Below are positions 1-9,373 of a DNA stretch of 64,000 nt, piece by piece. Each line of letters opens with the position of its first letter. The stretch's first letter is position 1. Both the position numbers and the translations under genes were made by a program. The notes under the pieces were generated by a model. It saw only the letters and a program-made list of their open reading frames with translations. It was not told the DNA's origin and searched no databases. The DNA lies in the NCBI GenBank assembly GCA_030615175.1, contig JAUWZX010000001.1:282029-346028 (forward strand), given 5' to 3'. The stretch is from Candidatus Parvarchaeota archaeon (lineage in GTDB: Archaea; Nanobdellota; Nanobdellia; WJKC01).

Positions 1-650
1 ACATAAACACTATTACTGTCTAATTTCTTATTCTTTGGCACGAAAGCATGAGCCCCCACTATTGTGTTGTCGCCAATAGTGACTCCTGGACTAATAATTG
101 CATAAGCGCCTATGGTGCAGTTCTTGCCAATCCTTGTTCTCTTAATTTTAAGCTTATCTCCTTTAATATAATGTGCAAGGATTAAACTATTATTACCAAT
201 TATAGTGTTATCACCTATCTCAGTTAAGCAGGGATCGTGAATTAAACCAGCTGTTATTCTAAGCCTGCCAATCTTTGCTTTAAGGGCTTTACGGTAAACC
301 CACAACACACCGTCCTGTGGGACTCCTAGTATGGTCATTAAGTGATTAAGCATGCCAACGAACAGGTTATTACCCATCCAGGCATCAGCTTCTTTTGAGT
401 GAAGTTTAAACTCTCCTTCGCGAGGGAAGCCGCAAATCCTGACTATTAAGTAAGCAGTCATAACCCTTAGTATTAGGTAAGTGATTAATGCTGTAAATGC
501 GCTAAGCGGAAGCAATATGTAAAAGAGGATTCCACTAAATAATAATGAGTGCAGGTAAATAATTAAACCAGTTAATGGTAATGGAGCAATCCAGATGAGT
601 AATATGTAAATTACCCATTTATCATATGAATACCCGTTCCTGTTTATAAT
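1..650 (-). CDS. Membrane-anchored hexapeptide-repeat (LbH) acyltransferase; 3' end runs off the window, start uncertain
   Basis: Not in the ORF track. Manual translation gives hydrophobic N-terminal helices then ...TEIGDNTIIGNNSLILAH...IGKNCTIGAYAIISPGVTIGDNTIVGAHAFV hexapeptide repeats. Confidence 0.75.
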   Translation of the reverse strand, partial: MINRNGYSYDKWVIYILLIWIAPLPLTGLIIYLHSLLFSGILFYILLPLSAFTALITYLILRVMTAYLIVRICGFPREGEFKLHSKEADAWMGNNLFVGMLNHLMTILGVPQDGVLWVYRKALKAKIGRLRITAGLIHDPCLTEIGDNTIIGNNSLILAHYIKGDKLKIKRTRIGKNCTIGAYAIISPGVTIGDNTIVGAHAFVPKNKKLDSNSVY

Positions 651-682
651 TAATATTCACCCTTTTTTTAATTAATATTTAA

Positions 683-757
683 TGCTCCCGCCGGGATTTG
701 AACCCGGGTCCCTGGCTCGAAAGGCCAGAATCCTTGACCGGACTAGACCACAGGAGC
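683..757 (-). tRNA. tRNA-Glu(TTC)
   Basis: Reverse complement GCTCCTGTGGTCTAGTCCGGTCAAGGATT-CTGGC-CTTTCGA-GCCAG-GGACCCGGGTTCAAATCCCGGCGGGAGCA folds as a cloverleaf; CCA not encoded. Confidence 0.95.
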
Positions 758-795
758 ATTACTTTTAAAAGAGATTTATTCCTTTTTTAAACCTT

Positions 796-1431
796 TCACT
801 TCTTAAAAACTTCAGTAACTAAGCACAGGGACTTGATAAGGAATTCATTTTTAACTTTTAAAAAACGATTAGTTATTCCTAACTTCTTAAAACCAATATT
901 AAACATAATATTGTTAAAATCATTTAATGAAGGAACAAAAATGTGTGTATCATCAGGATAAAAGAATTTGTTAATAAACCTGCTTATGAAATTATTAACA
1001 GTTGGTATCTCAACTATGAATAATCCCTGCTTTTTTAATTTAGAGTAAATATTATTTAAAGCCTTAACAGGATTATTTAAATGTTCAATAACATCAATGG
1101 CTGTGATGACATCAAATTTTTTGTTAAAAGGTATTTCTCTTTGCACATCGCCTTGTTTTAGATTTTTTAAATTAAATTTCTGCTTTGCTCTTTTAATCGC
1201 AAATTCTGATATGTCCACACCATGAACATTGAAATCATTTCTAGCAGCATTAAGTAAATGCCCGTAAGCGCATCCAATATCTAGTAAATCCCCTGAAGTC
1301 CTGTACTCTTTTAATAATTTAATCACTGATTGCCAGTTCTTAAATAATTTCATTTTTTCCTCATAATTCCCAAAAGTTTTAAGTGGAACTCTTTTACCTT
1401 CAAAATAATCTTTATCAAATAAATTTTTCAT
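796..1431 (-). CDS. Class I SAM-dependent methyltransferase
   Basis: LLDIGCAYG motif I; FDVITAIDVIEHL. Confidence 0.85.
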   Translation of the reverse strand: MKNLFDKDYFEGKRVPLKTFGNYEEKMKLFKNWQSVIKLLKEYRTSGDLLDIGCAYGHLLNAARNDFNVHGVDISEFAIKRAKQKFNLKNLKQGDVQREIPFNKKFDVITAIDVIEHLNNPVKALNNIYSKLKKQGLFIVEIPTVNNFISRFINKFFYPDDTHIFVPSLNDFNNIMFNIGFKKLGITNRFLKVKNEFLIKSLCLVTEVFKK

Positions 1432-2420
1432 TTGTACTCTTCAAAGATTTTTATTATCTTATTTGTTGTTCTTTCGCAGTCGTATTTTTTTGCCATTTTA
1501 TATGCATTTAAGCCTAATTTTTTCCTCAGACTTTTTGAATTAATTAATTGATTTATCCTTTTAATAAAGTTATTATAATCATTGCATAGGAATCCATTTT
1601 TACCATTACTTATTTTTTCCTTGATTGGTGGAATGTTTGTCGCAATTATTGGGCGCTTGCAAGCGCCTGCTTCAAGAATTGGCAGCCCTTCATTCTCAGC
1701 TCTTGTTGGGCATAAAAAAATGTCTGCTCCGCAGTAAGCAGAAACAATATCATTAATATACCCTGTGAAGAAAAGATTCTTTGGTTTTTGCTTGACTAGT
1801 CTCATGATTTTAAGCCAGTTCTTCTTAAATGGGAATTCACTGCCAACCCAGATAAATTTTACTTCAGGAAATTCACGCGCTAATTTTATGAAAGTATCAA
1901 TGCCTTTTCTCCAGATAAGTGTTCCAACATTAATAATTAGTGTTTCATCTTTCTTTATTCCATATCCATTCCTGAATTTATCTCTTTTCTTCTTTGAGTA
2001 CTTGAATTTCTCAAGGTTAACGCCGCAGCTTACAACGTCAATTTTTTTATTAATGCCTGTCTTAATTATGCATTCCTTTGCAAACTCTGATATAGTGATT
2101 ACTCTATCAGCAAGTGAATAAATTTTTTTAAGGTATTTCACTATCAGGTTATAAAACAGGTCGAAGAAAAAGCATACGTCTTTTAAGTCGCTAGGAGTTG
2201 TTGTAACAAATATGATTCTTGGCTTGCTTTTAATCCTTTTCAGTTTTAAGTAAGAAATGGGGTCAATAACTGGTGCATAGGCTATATCATAATTGTTTCC
2301 TTTTTTAATGATTTCATGATCTTTATTAATTAAGCCTTGCTTTAAGTAGTCCCAAGCAGTTCTGGTCCCTGAAGTTATAAATGCGTCAGGTGAGATTTGC
2401 TTTATTATCATATTTTTCAA
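1428..2420 (-). CDS. GT4 glycosyltransferase
   Basis: NVGTLIWRKGID and ENEGLPILEAGAC (EX7E) motifs. Confidence 0.9.
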   Translation of the reverse strand: MKNMIIKQISPDAFITSGTRTAWDYLKQGLINKDHEIIKKGNNYDIAYAPVIDPISYLKLKRIKSKPRIIFVTTTPSDLKDVCFFFDLFYNLIVKYLKKIYSLADRVITISEFAKECIIKTGINKKIDVVSCGVNLEKFKYSKKKRDKFRNGYGIKKDETLIINVGTLIWRKGIDTFIKLAREFPEVKFIWVGSEFPFKKNWLKIMRLVKQKPKNLFFTGYINDIVSAYCGADIFLCPTRAENEGLPILEAGACKRPIIATNIPPIKEKISNGKNGFLCNDYNNFIKRINQLINSKSLRKKLGLNAYKMAKKYDCERTTNKIIKIFEEYK

Positions 2421-3043
2421 ATCCTTTTACAAATATAGCCTGTTTCTATAATGAATTTTTTGCAATAAATTGTTTTCAATCCATTTTTTTCTAATAATCT
2501 TATTCCATTTTTAGCACTAATCGGTTTTTCGTAACCAAAAGGCCATTCTCCTTTAACCTTCTCTACTACACCTCTCCACATTTTATAATATATTGAAGGT
2601 CTTGGAGCAGTTATTAATGCAATCCCATTTTTTTTAAGGAATTCCCAATGCTTTTTAATAATCATATTCTGTCTTTCACCCTTGAAGTGCTCTATTAATC
2701 CTTGGCTGTGTACTAAATCATACTTCTTTTTTAGTTTTAATCTTGTTATATCTTCATTTACTAACTTTACTTTCATTTTATTTTTGCTGTATAATTCTTT
2801 TGAGAATTTTAATGACTCTCTTGAGTAGTCTACAATGGTTGCTTTCCCTCCATACTCTTTAAGCAGCCATAACGTTATTATTCCTGAACCGCATCCAAGT
2901 TCTAATATTTCCGGGTTTTTTGGCAATTTAACATTTTTTAATAAATTTTTATAATTATTATACGTCCCCTTTGATAAAAATATGAATAACTTACTATGCT
3001 TCTTAGCTCTAATCCACCACGTGGCCCAATTTTTTTTAGCCAT
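2417..3043 (-). CDS. Class I SAM-dependent methyltransferase
   Basis: ILELGCGSG; YDLVHSQGLIEHF; paralog of 6171..6803. Confidence 0.85.
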   Translation of the reverse strand: MAKKNWATWWIRAKKHSKLFIFLSKGTYNNYKNLLKNVKLPKNPEILELGCGSGIITLWLLKEYGGKATIVDYSRESLKFSKELYSKNKMKVKLVNEDITRLKLKKKYDLVHSQGLIEHFKGERQNMIIKKHWEFLKKNGIALITAPRPSIYYKMWRGVVEKVKGEWPFGYEKPISAKNGIRLLEKNGLKTIYCKKFIIETGYICKRI

Positions 3044-3112
3044 TTTAAATAAATTTTACTATCTTTCCTTTTAAAAAACTTTTTTAAAATACTCATTAAT
3101 TAAAAATATACA

Positions 3113-4120
3113 ATGAAAGCAAATCTAACCTTTGAATACCCTTCCAAAGGCCATGGCTCTAAAACAGCGTATAATAATTTTATTAAAGGCTTGATTAAGA
3201 ATAACATTGAAGTTGACACTAATTCATTAAGCAAGGATTCCGATTTAACTCATGCATTAATACCAGGACCTGTTTCCTTTATTCAAACTTTTATTAGGAA
3301 GAAGCCGTTAATTTATGCATTACTTTTTCATCCAGAGGAGTTAAGAGTTGTTAAGGGTGGAGGGTTAATGAATTGGGTTTCTAATTATTATATCAGGAAG
3401 GCAAGGGTGATAACTGTTTGTTCAAAATTCAGTAAAGATGAATTAGAAAAGTTTGTTAATAAACCAATAAGCGTGGTTAGTTGCGGAGTTAATACAACTG
3501 TTTTTAAGAAAAACAAACAAAAAAGAAGGCGTTTCAGGAAGAAGTATGGCATAAGTAAGGATGAATTATTAATTTATGATGTTGGCAGTTTAAATCATAA
3601 AAAAGGCATTGACGGATTTCTTAAAATGGCAAATGTTTTCAAAGATGTTAAGTTCTTATGGGCTGGCAGGAATTTTCCTCATTTTAAAGGAAAATATGAC
3701 TCAAAACGCATTATTAAGAAGTATAGCAATGTAATACTTACTGGTTTTGTTGAAGATGTATCAATGGTTCACGCAGCAGGTGATGTACTATTATACCCTA
3801 GTTATTTTGAGTTGCAGGGCATACCTGTATTAGAGGCAATGGCAAGCGAGAACCCTGTTGTTGTTAGGGATATAAAAGTATTTGATGATTGGTTAATGCA
3901 TGGTAAGAATTGCTTAAAAGCAAAGAGCACCAGTGATTTCAAGGATTCATTAAATCAATTAATTAATAATAAGCGGCTATTTAACAAGTTATCAAAGAAT
4001 GGACATGAAACAGCAGTTAAACATGATTTAAAAAGTGTTGGTAAAAAATTAAAAAGAGTTTATGAACTTGCTTTAGCAAAGGATTTTAAACCAATATATA
4101 ATGATTATTCCTATGAGTAA
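3113..4120 (+). CDS. GT4 glycosyltransferase
   Basis: VGSLNHKKGID; ELQGIPVLEAMAS. Confidence 0.9.
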   Translation: MKANLTFEYPSKGHGSKTAYNNFIKGLIKNNIEVDTNSLSKDSDLTHALIPGPVSFIQTFIRKKPLIYALLFHPEELRVVKGGGLMNWVSNYYIRKARVITVCSKFSKDELEKFVNKPISVVSCGVNTTVFKKNKQKRRRFRKKYGISKDELLIYDVGSLNHKKGIDGFLKMANVFKDVKFLWAGRNFPHFKGKYDSKRIIKKYSNVILTGFVEDVSMVHAAGDVLLYPSYFELQGIPVLEAMASENPVVVRDIKVFDDWLMHGKNCLKAKSTSDFKDSLNQLINNKRLFNKLSKNGHETAVKHDLKSVGKKLKRVYELALAKDFKPIYNDYSYE

Positions 4121-5150
4121 AATAATGAAAATAAAGCCTGGAACATTTTTCCTTAAGACTACTCCAAAGGCTTTATGGGGTTTTTTCAAGTACAAGATTG
4201 GGAGGCCCAATCCAATTGTTGCTCAGTGGGAGATAACTTATAATTGTAATTTTAAGTGTAAGTACTGCAATGTTTGGAGAAATAAGAATAACAAGATGAA
4301 GGAATTAAGCCTTGACGAGATTAAGGATATTATTGACCAGTTGGACAGGATTGGAGTTATATGGATTACTTTTACTGGAGGCGAGCCATTACTAAAGAAA
4401 GAACTTCCTGAAATTATAAAGTACTGCAGTGAGAAAGGGATTATTACTTTAGTGAATGATAATGGTTCTTTATTAAAGCGTAAATTGCCTGAATTAAAGG
4501 ATTGCCTGAATAGTATTAGTGTTTCAATTGACTCGCCTGATGAAAGAATTAATGATGACCTTCGTGGCGTTAAGGGCGCGTTTAAGAAGGCATTTAGTGC
4601 TGCAATTAAATCAAAAGATTATATTAAGACGGTTGTTAACATGACTGTTACTTCTAATTCCTTGAATTCTCTTGAAAAAATGGTTGCTTTATGCAGGAAG
4701 AAGGGTTTAAAAGTTGAATTTACTCCTGTATCCATTATCCCTACTGAGGGTTATGAAAAAACTTGTGCAAAAAATGATTTGGTAGACCCAGTGAAGTTTC
4801 ATGACACTGTTATTGAATTAAGGAAGAAGTATAATAACATTGTATTCTTTAAGCCTTACATGGAATTAATCAAGAGGGGGGGTGTTTCAAAGAGTAATTT
4901 TGTATGCCGGGCGCCTGAATTAATGATTAATCTTAAGCCTAATGGTGACGTTGTTTACCCCTGCGGTTACTTCCCTGTTAAGAGGTTCTCAGCAAAGAAA
5001 ATGAGAATTAAGGATATAATTAAGAAGTCTAAGGGCTTTGCTGGAAAACATTTTGATTTCTGTAATAATTGTACTTTGTTTTGCTTTTTAGCTTCTTCAT
5101 TAGCTGTTAATAATGTTAAGGACCTTAAGGAATTTGCATTAATGATTTAA
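4101..5150 (+). CDS. Radical SAM protein with twitch/SPASM-like C-terminus (start may be 4113)
   Basis: CNFKCKYC; FTGGEPLL; C-terminal C..PC..CxxCxxxC. Confidence 0.9.
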   Translation: MIIPMSKIMKIKPGTFFLKTTPKALWGFFKYKIGRPNPIVAQWEITYNCNFKCKYCNVWRNKNNKMKELSLDEIKDIIDQLDRIGVIWITFTGGEPLLKKELPEIIKYCSEKGIITLVNDNGSLLKRKLPELKDCLNSISVSIDSPDERINDDLRGVKGAFKKAFSAAIKSKDYIKTVVNMTVTSNSLNSLEKMVALCRKKGLKVEFTPVSIIPTEGYEKTCAKNDLVDPVKFHDTVIELRKKYNNIVFFKPYMELIKRGGVSKSNFVCRAPELMINLKPNGDVVYPCGYFPVKRFSAKKMRIKDIIKKSKGFAGKHFDFCNNCTLFCFLASSLAVNNVKDLKEFALMI

Positions 5151-5151
5151 A

Positions 5152-6162
5152 ATGATAAAGAATGTTTTGCTTAGGAAGCCTGTGCTAGTAGTGTTTGATG
5201 TTACTAAGAGATGCAATTCTCGCTGCACTATGTGCAACATTTGGAGGAAGCAGAGCAAGTTAAGGGATGAGTTGAAACTTAGTGAAATTAATGAAATATT
5301 TAGTGACTTGAAGTCTTCAAGGGTTAGGCATGTCTTCCTTCAAGGAGGAGAGCCGTTGCTTAGAAGAGATATACTTGAAATCATTAAGTTATCAATCAGT
5401 GCTGGATTGACTCCTTCCTTAATAACTAATGGCTTGTTGCTTAATAAGAAACTTGCAGTTAAGATAGCTGGGCTTAAATGTAATGTTAGTATAAGCCTTG
5501 ATACATTAAAGAGAGGGAGGTACAAGCTAATTAGGGGAGTTGATAGATTGGATTTAGTTTTAAGGAATATTAAAGCGTGCAGTAAAATAAGGGGCAAGAA
5601 CGGAGTGTGGGATATTAATTCTACAATTAGCAGGGTTAATTATGATGAAGTCACTGACTTATTTAATTTTGCAGTTAAGTATGGTTTTAAGCATTTTGCC
5701 TGCCCGTATAATTATTCAATATGTAATGTTAGTGCTAGGAGTTCTAAACTGGCCTTTGATAAAGAAGTTAGTAATGTTATTAAGGCTTTCAAGAAATTGT
5801 ATTCATTGTCAAGGGATAATGGATTAATAATTAACTGCCTTTATTATGACGAAATTATTAAATTTTTAAGAGGCGATTACGAGAAGCCCTGCGACGCCTT
5901 GAAGTATTCAGTAATGATTAATGAGAAAGGTGAGTTAGCGCCTTGCTTGGAGTTAAAGCCATTTATTAGTCTTAAAAGCAACAAGTTCAGGGATGCAGTT
6001 AAGAATTTTGATTATTCAATTATAAGGAAGTGTTATGAGAGCACTCCTTGTTTTTATGGCTGTACAAGGGGTTCAGGGATTGTTGTTAATAATTTTCATA
6101 AAGTTTTATTACATGTTTTAAGACATCCTAAAAAATTTAAGGAACTTAAACATCTTTTTTAA
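5152..6162 (+). CDS. Radical SAM protein with twitch/SPASM-like C-terminus
   Basis: CNSRCTMC; QGGEPLL; C-terminal Cys cluster. Confidence 0.9.
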   Translation: MIKNVLLRKPVLVVFDVTKRCNSRCTMCNIWRKQSKLRDELKLSEINEIFSDLKSSRVRHVFLQGGEPLLRRDILEIIKLSISAGLTPSLITNGLLLNKKLAVKIAGLKCNVSISLDTLKRGRYKLIRGVDRLDLVLRNIKACSKIRGKNGVWDINSTISRVNYDEVTDLFNFAVKYGFKHFACPYNYSICNVSARSSKLAFDKEVSNVIKAFKKLYSLSRDNGLIINCLYYDEIIKFLRGDYEKPCDALKYSVMINEKGELAPCLELKPFISLKSNKFRDAVKNFDYSIIRKCYESTPCFYGCTRGSGIVVNNFHKVLLHVLRHPKKFKELKHLF

Positions 6163-6170
6163 TTATAGTT

Positions 6171-6803
6171 ATGGTTTTACGTAAAACAAATTGGGGTAAG
6201 TATGGTGGTTATGAAGATTCATTCTTAATGAGATTATTCTTGAACAGAATATGGGCTGGTTATGATAAATTATTATCTGGAGTGAATTTAAAGAGTGGAA
6301 TTAAGATTCTGGAGTTAGGGGCTGGTTCAGGTTATAACAGTTTAAATCTGGCAGTGAAGTTTAAAGCATCTAAAGTAGTGTTGGTTGATTTTAATGATAA
6401 TGCACTGAAGTCGTCAAGAAATAGGTTTAAGGGAAGATTTAATTCACAGTTTCTTAAAAAAGATGTTTTTGATTTAAATATTAATGGAAAATTTGACATT
6501 GTTCATTCTCAGGGACTAATTGAGCATTTTCAGGGCAGGAAATTAAAAGAGCTTTTGAGGATTCATTTAAGATTTGCTAAAAAGAATGGTTTAATAATAC
6601 TTATTTACCCGACACCAACGATTTCTTACCGAATCATTAGGAAATTAGCTGAGATTGCTAAAAAATGGATTTTCGCAGACGAGGTTCCATTAAGGAAAGA
6701 GCAATTAATTAATTTAATGAGTGAGAATAATGTTGAATTAATTAATTCAACAAGGATACATTGCGGCATAACAGAAGATGGCTTGTTATTTATGAAAAAG
6801 TAA
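6171..6803 (+). CDS. Class I SAM-dependent methyltransferase
   Basis: ILELGAGSG; FDIVHSQGLIEHF. Confidence 0.85.
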   Translation: MVLRKTNWGKYGGYEDSFLMRLFLNRIWAGYDKLLSGVNLKSGIKILELGAGSGYNSLNLAVKFKASKVVLVDFNDNALKSSRNRFKGRFNSQFLKKDVFDLNINGKFDIVHSQGLIEHFQGRKLKELLRIHLRFAKKNGLIILIYPTPTISYRIIRKLAEIAKKWIFADEVPLRKEQLINLMSENNVELINSTRIHCGITEDGLLFMKK

Positions 6804-7790
6804 TTATTTTATTATTGATTCATAAAACTTTAATAATTTTTTTCCTTGTTTTTTAATGCCAAATTTATTTTTAATTTTTAATGGTTTTTTAATATAATTA
6901 TTCACGTTTGCCTTATTTATTAATAAATTAATTTTTCTTGAAAACCCATTAATTGTTTTTGAATAAAAAACATTGTTATTGAATAAACTTTTATAAACTT
7001 TTAATTCTCTGCAAATTACTGGTAATCCAGATGATGTGGCTTCTATAATTGTAAGACCAAATGTTTCGCTATAAGAAGGTGTTAAGAAAATATTTGCCGA
7101 AGAGTAAGCTTTTCTAACGTCATCAATGAATCCGTAAAATATTAAGTTTTCATACTTTTTCTTCATTAATTTCTTAATTTTAAAATAGTTTTTTGAGAAA
7201 ATAGAGTATGGTTGTCCTCCTATCCAAATAAATTGTAAATCCTTGTTTTTCTCCGCAATTTTTATAAAGTCATAAATGCCTTTACGAGGTGATAATTGAG
7301 CAACATTTAAAATAATTATTTTATTTTCTTCAATGCCTAAACTTGACCTGAACTCCTTATTTAATTTCTTGTTCTTCTTAAAATAATTTGTATTAATGGC
7401 ATTATAAGATATGTCTATGTTTTTAAAACCATTTTTAATAAGCCATTCTTTAATGAATTCTGAAACCGCTAGTAAGTAATCACTTTTTTTGTATATCCAA
7501 TTATAATACTTTTTTTCTAATTTATATGAACCAATTGTGTTGCCTCTATTTGTTTCTGGTATTGAGTGTACTGTGTAGACTATTATTGCACCTTTCTTTT
7601 TGTATTTCATTGCTTTTAAGATAGACAATGGCGAAATTGAATGTACATGTACAATATCATACTCTTTACCTGCTCCGTTTAAGTCAATATCAATTTTTTG
7701 TTTTAAATAATTGTAGTAATATTTTGGAGCTGTTGAAGACCCAAAGTATTTTAATAATTTATGGTCATCTATCAAGAAATTTACTTTCAT
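6804..7790 (-). CDS. GT4 glycosyltransferase
   Basis: VAQLSPRKGIYDF; ETFGLTIIEA. Confidence 0.9.
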   Translation of the reverse strand: MKVNFLIDDHKLLKYFGSSTAPKYYYNYLKQKIDIDLNGAGKEYDIVHVHSISPLSILKAMKYKKKGAIIVYTVHSIPETNRGNTIGSYKLEKKYYNWIYKKSDYLLAVSEFIKEWLIKNGFKNIDISYNAINTNYFKKNKKLNKEFRSSLGIEENKIIILNVAQLSPRKGIYDFIKIAEKNKDLQFIWIGGQPYSIFSKNYFKIKKLMKKKYENLIFYGFIDDVRKAYSSANIFLTPSYSETFGLTIIEATSSGLPVICRELKVYKSLFNNNVFYSKTINGFSRKINLLINKANVNNYIKKPLKIKNKFGIKKQGKKLLKFYESIIK

Positions 7791-8371
7791 AATACCACCA
7801 AGTAGTCAAGACCAATTTCTTTAATCATTTTTGGCTTGAACTTCATGAAGAAGTTGTAAACTTCTTTTTTATTCTTAAACCACTTGCTCCTGTTATCGAA
7901 ACTATTAAACCCGTCGTCATCTCCAAACATCTTATCTAATAGTTTATAAACCCACTTAATTTTGTTATTGGTGTAAAAATTCACGTGCGGTTCCAGGATT
8001 ATTAACTTCTTTGTTCTTCCCTGAGCATTCCTTATTAATTCTTCATGCCTTGGAGTTATATGGTGTAGCAAGTCAGATATTACTATCACATCTGTTTTTG
8101 GATAATTGTTATAATCAAAAGCGTCTTTTAATTTAACATTAATTCCTTTATTATTCTTTATGAAGTGCTCGTTAAGGTCCCATCCTTCATAACTGCATGA
8201 CGTATCTAAGTATTTATATAGCAAGCAAGTTCCGCACCCCAAGTCCAGCACTTTTTTGTTCTTGCCAATTATTCTTGCAATTTCCTTGTACCTTATTGGT
8301 AAGTATTTTCCATGAACAAGTTTTAATAATAAGTTATACAGTCTTGGAAACCGGTACATTAAGGAAGTCAT
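7787..8371 (-). CDS. Class I SAM-dependent methyltransferase
   Basis: VLDLGCGTC; DLLHHI. Confidence 0.8.
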   Translation of the reverse strand: MTSLMYRFPRLYNLLLKLVHGKYLPIRYKEIARIIGKNKKVLDLGCGTCLLYKYLDTSCSYEGWDLNEHFIKNNKGINVKLKDAFDYNNYPKTDVIVISDLLHHITPRHEELIRNAQGRTKKLIILEPHVNFYTNNKIKWVYKLLDKMFGDDDGFNSFDNRSKWFKNKKEVYNFFMKFKPKMIKEIGLDYLVVL

Positions 8372-8390
8372 TTTTCATCTCATAATTGAA

Positions 8391-8532
8391 TGGGCCTGCC
8401 GAGATTTTCTAAACCCCAAGCGTTTTTCCGTGAACGCTTTTTCTAAAAGGGTTCTTTGAACTCGGGACCTCTGGTTATCCTAGAGTGAAGGTCATATAAG
8501 ACCAGCGCTCTACCAAACTGAGCTACAGGCCC
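8391..8532 (-). tRNA. tRNA-Ile(TAT) with two introns (8477..8494 at 37/38; 8405..8454 at about 59/60)
   Basis: Spliced sequence GGGCCTGTAGCTCAGTTTGGTAGAGCG-CTGGT-CTTATAA-ACCAG-AGGT-C-CCGAG-TTCAAAT-CTCGG-CAGGCCCA is a clean cloverleaf; the anticodon intron has a strict BHB (CUUA/UAGG helix, two 3-nt bulges). Confidence 0.9.
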
Positions 8533-8575
8533 ATTAAATAATTAGAGTTTTTAATTCTCTTTTATAGATTTCTAT

Positions 8576-9373
8576 TTAACTTATTAATACTAAATTTAGT
8601 CCAAGTATTAATGCTGCTGTTAGATTCTTGATTTTAATGAAGGATGAACTTAAACCTTTCTGCTTATAATGAGGGTACATGATGATTGATGCAATTAATG
8701 CGATGATTACTGCTATAATAATTTTAAGACTTATTTCCTTATCAAAAAGGATTGATAAGGGCATTACTATTGCAAAGAACACTACTAATAGTATTAGTTT
8801 ATGATTAAAATATTCTTTATCTAGTAATCCACCTTTGTAAATGAGTATGTAAAATGCGAAAATCATTGAAGGCACTAACAAGGTTATCCAGGGGATTAAT
8901 TTAATGCTTTCACTGATAATGCTCCACCCGCAGATTAATTTAACATAAGTGTTTAATATATGCCAGTAAGGGATTAAGTTAATATGCTTCTTTATTTTAT
9001 AAGTGTAAGCAATGTTTAGTATTAATAGCCATGTTATGGTTGTCGTAAATAATGAATTAATGAGTAGTGAAGCAGTCAAGCCTGAAGCAATAAGTGTTAA
9101 TGCTGTAATTCTTGCTTGTTTAACACTTACTTCGCCAGTGAGTAATGGCCTTTTCCTCTTCCATGAAATTTCATGCTTCTTGTCATACTCTATGTCACGC
9201 AAGTCATTAATTATGTAAGCAGCGCTGTAAGTAATAGTGAAGATTAACACTCCTAAAATGAATTTAATTAAATCAAAACTCTGCGTTAAAGTATAAGCTG
9301 CGGCCGAGCCCATTGTAAATAATGCAATATTAAGTGGGTTAATCCTCATTAACTTGATTATGTTCTTAATCAT
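8576..9373 (-). CDS. UbiA-family prenyltransferase
   Basis: YIINDLRDIEYDKKH (NDxxDxxxD) and RPLLTGEVS motifs; multiple TM helices; start at 9373 overlaps the upstream stop (ATGA). Confidence 0.85.
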   Translation of the reverse strand: MIKNIIKLMRINPLNIALFTMGSAAAYTLTQSFDLIKFILGVLIFTITYSAAYIINDLRDIEYDKKHEISWKRKRPLLTGEVSVKQARITALTLIASGLTASLLINSLFTTTITWLLILNIAYTYKIKKHINLIPYWHILNTYVKLICGWSIISESIKLIPWITLLVPSMIFAFYILIYKGGLLDKEYFNHKLILLVVFFAIVMPLSILFDKEISLKIIIAVIIALIASIIMYPHYKQKGLSSSFIKIKNLTAALILGLNLVLIS

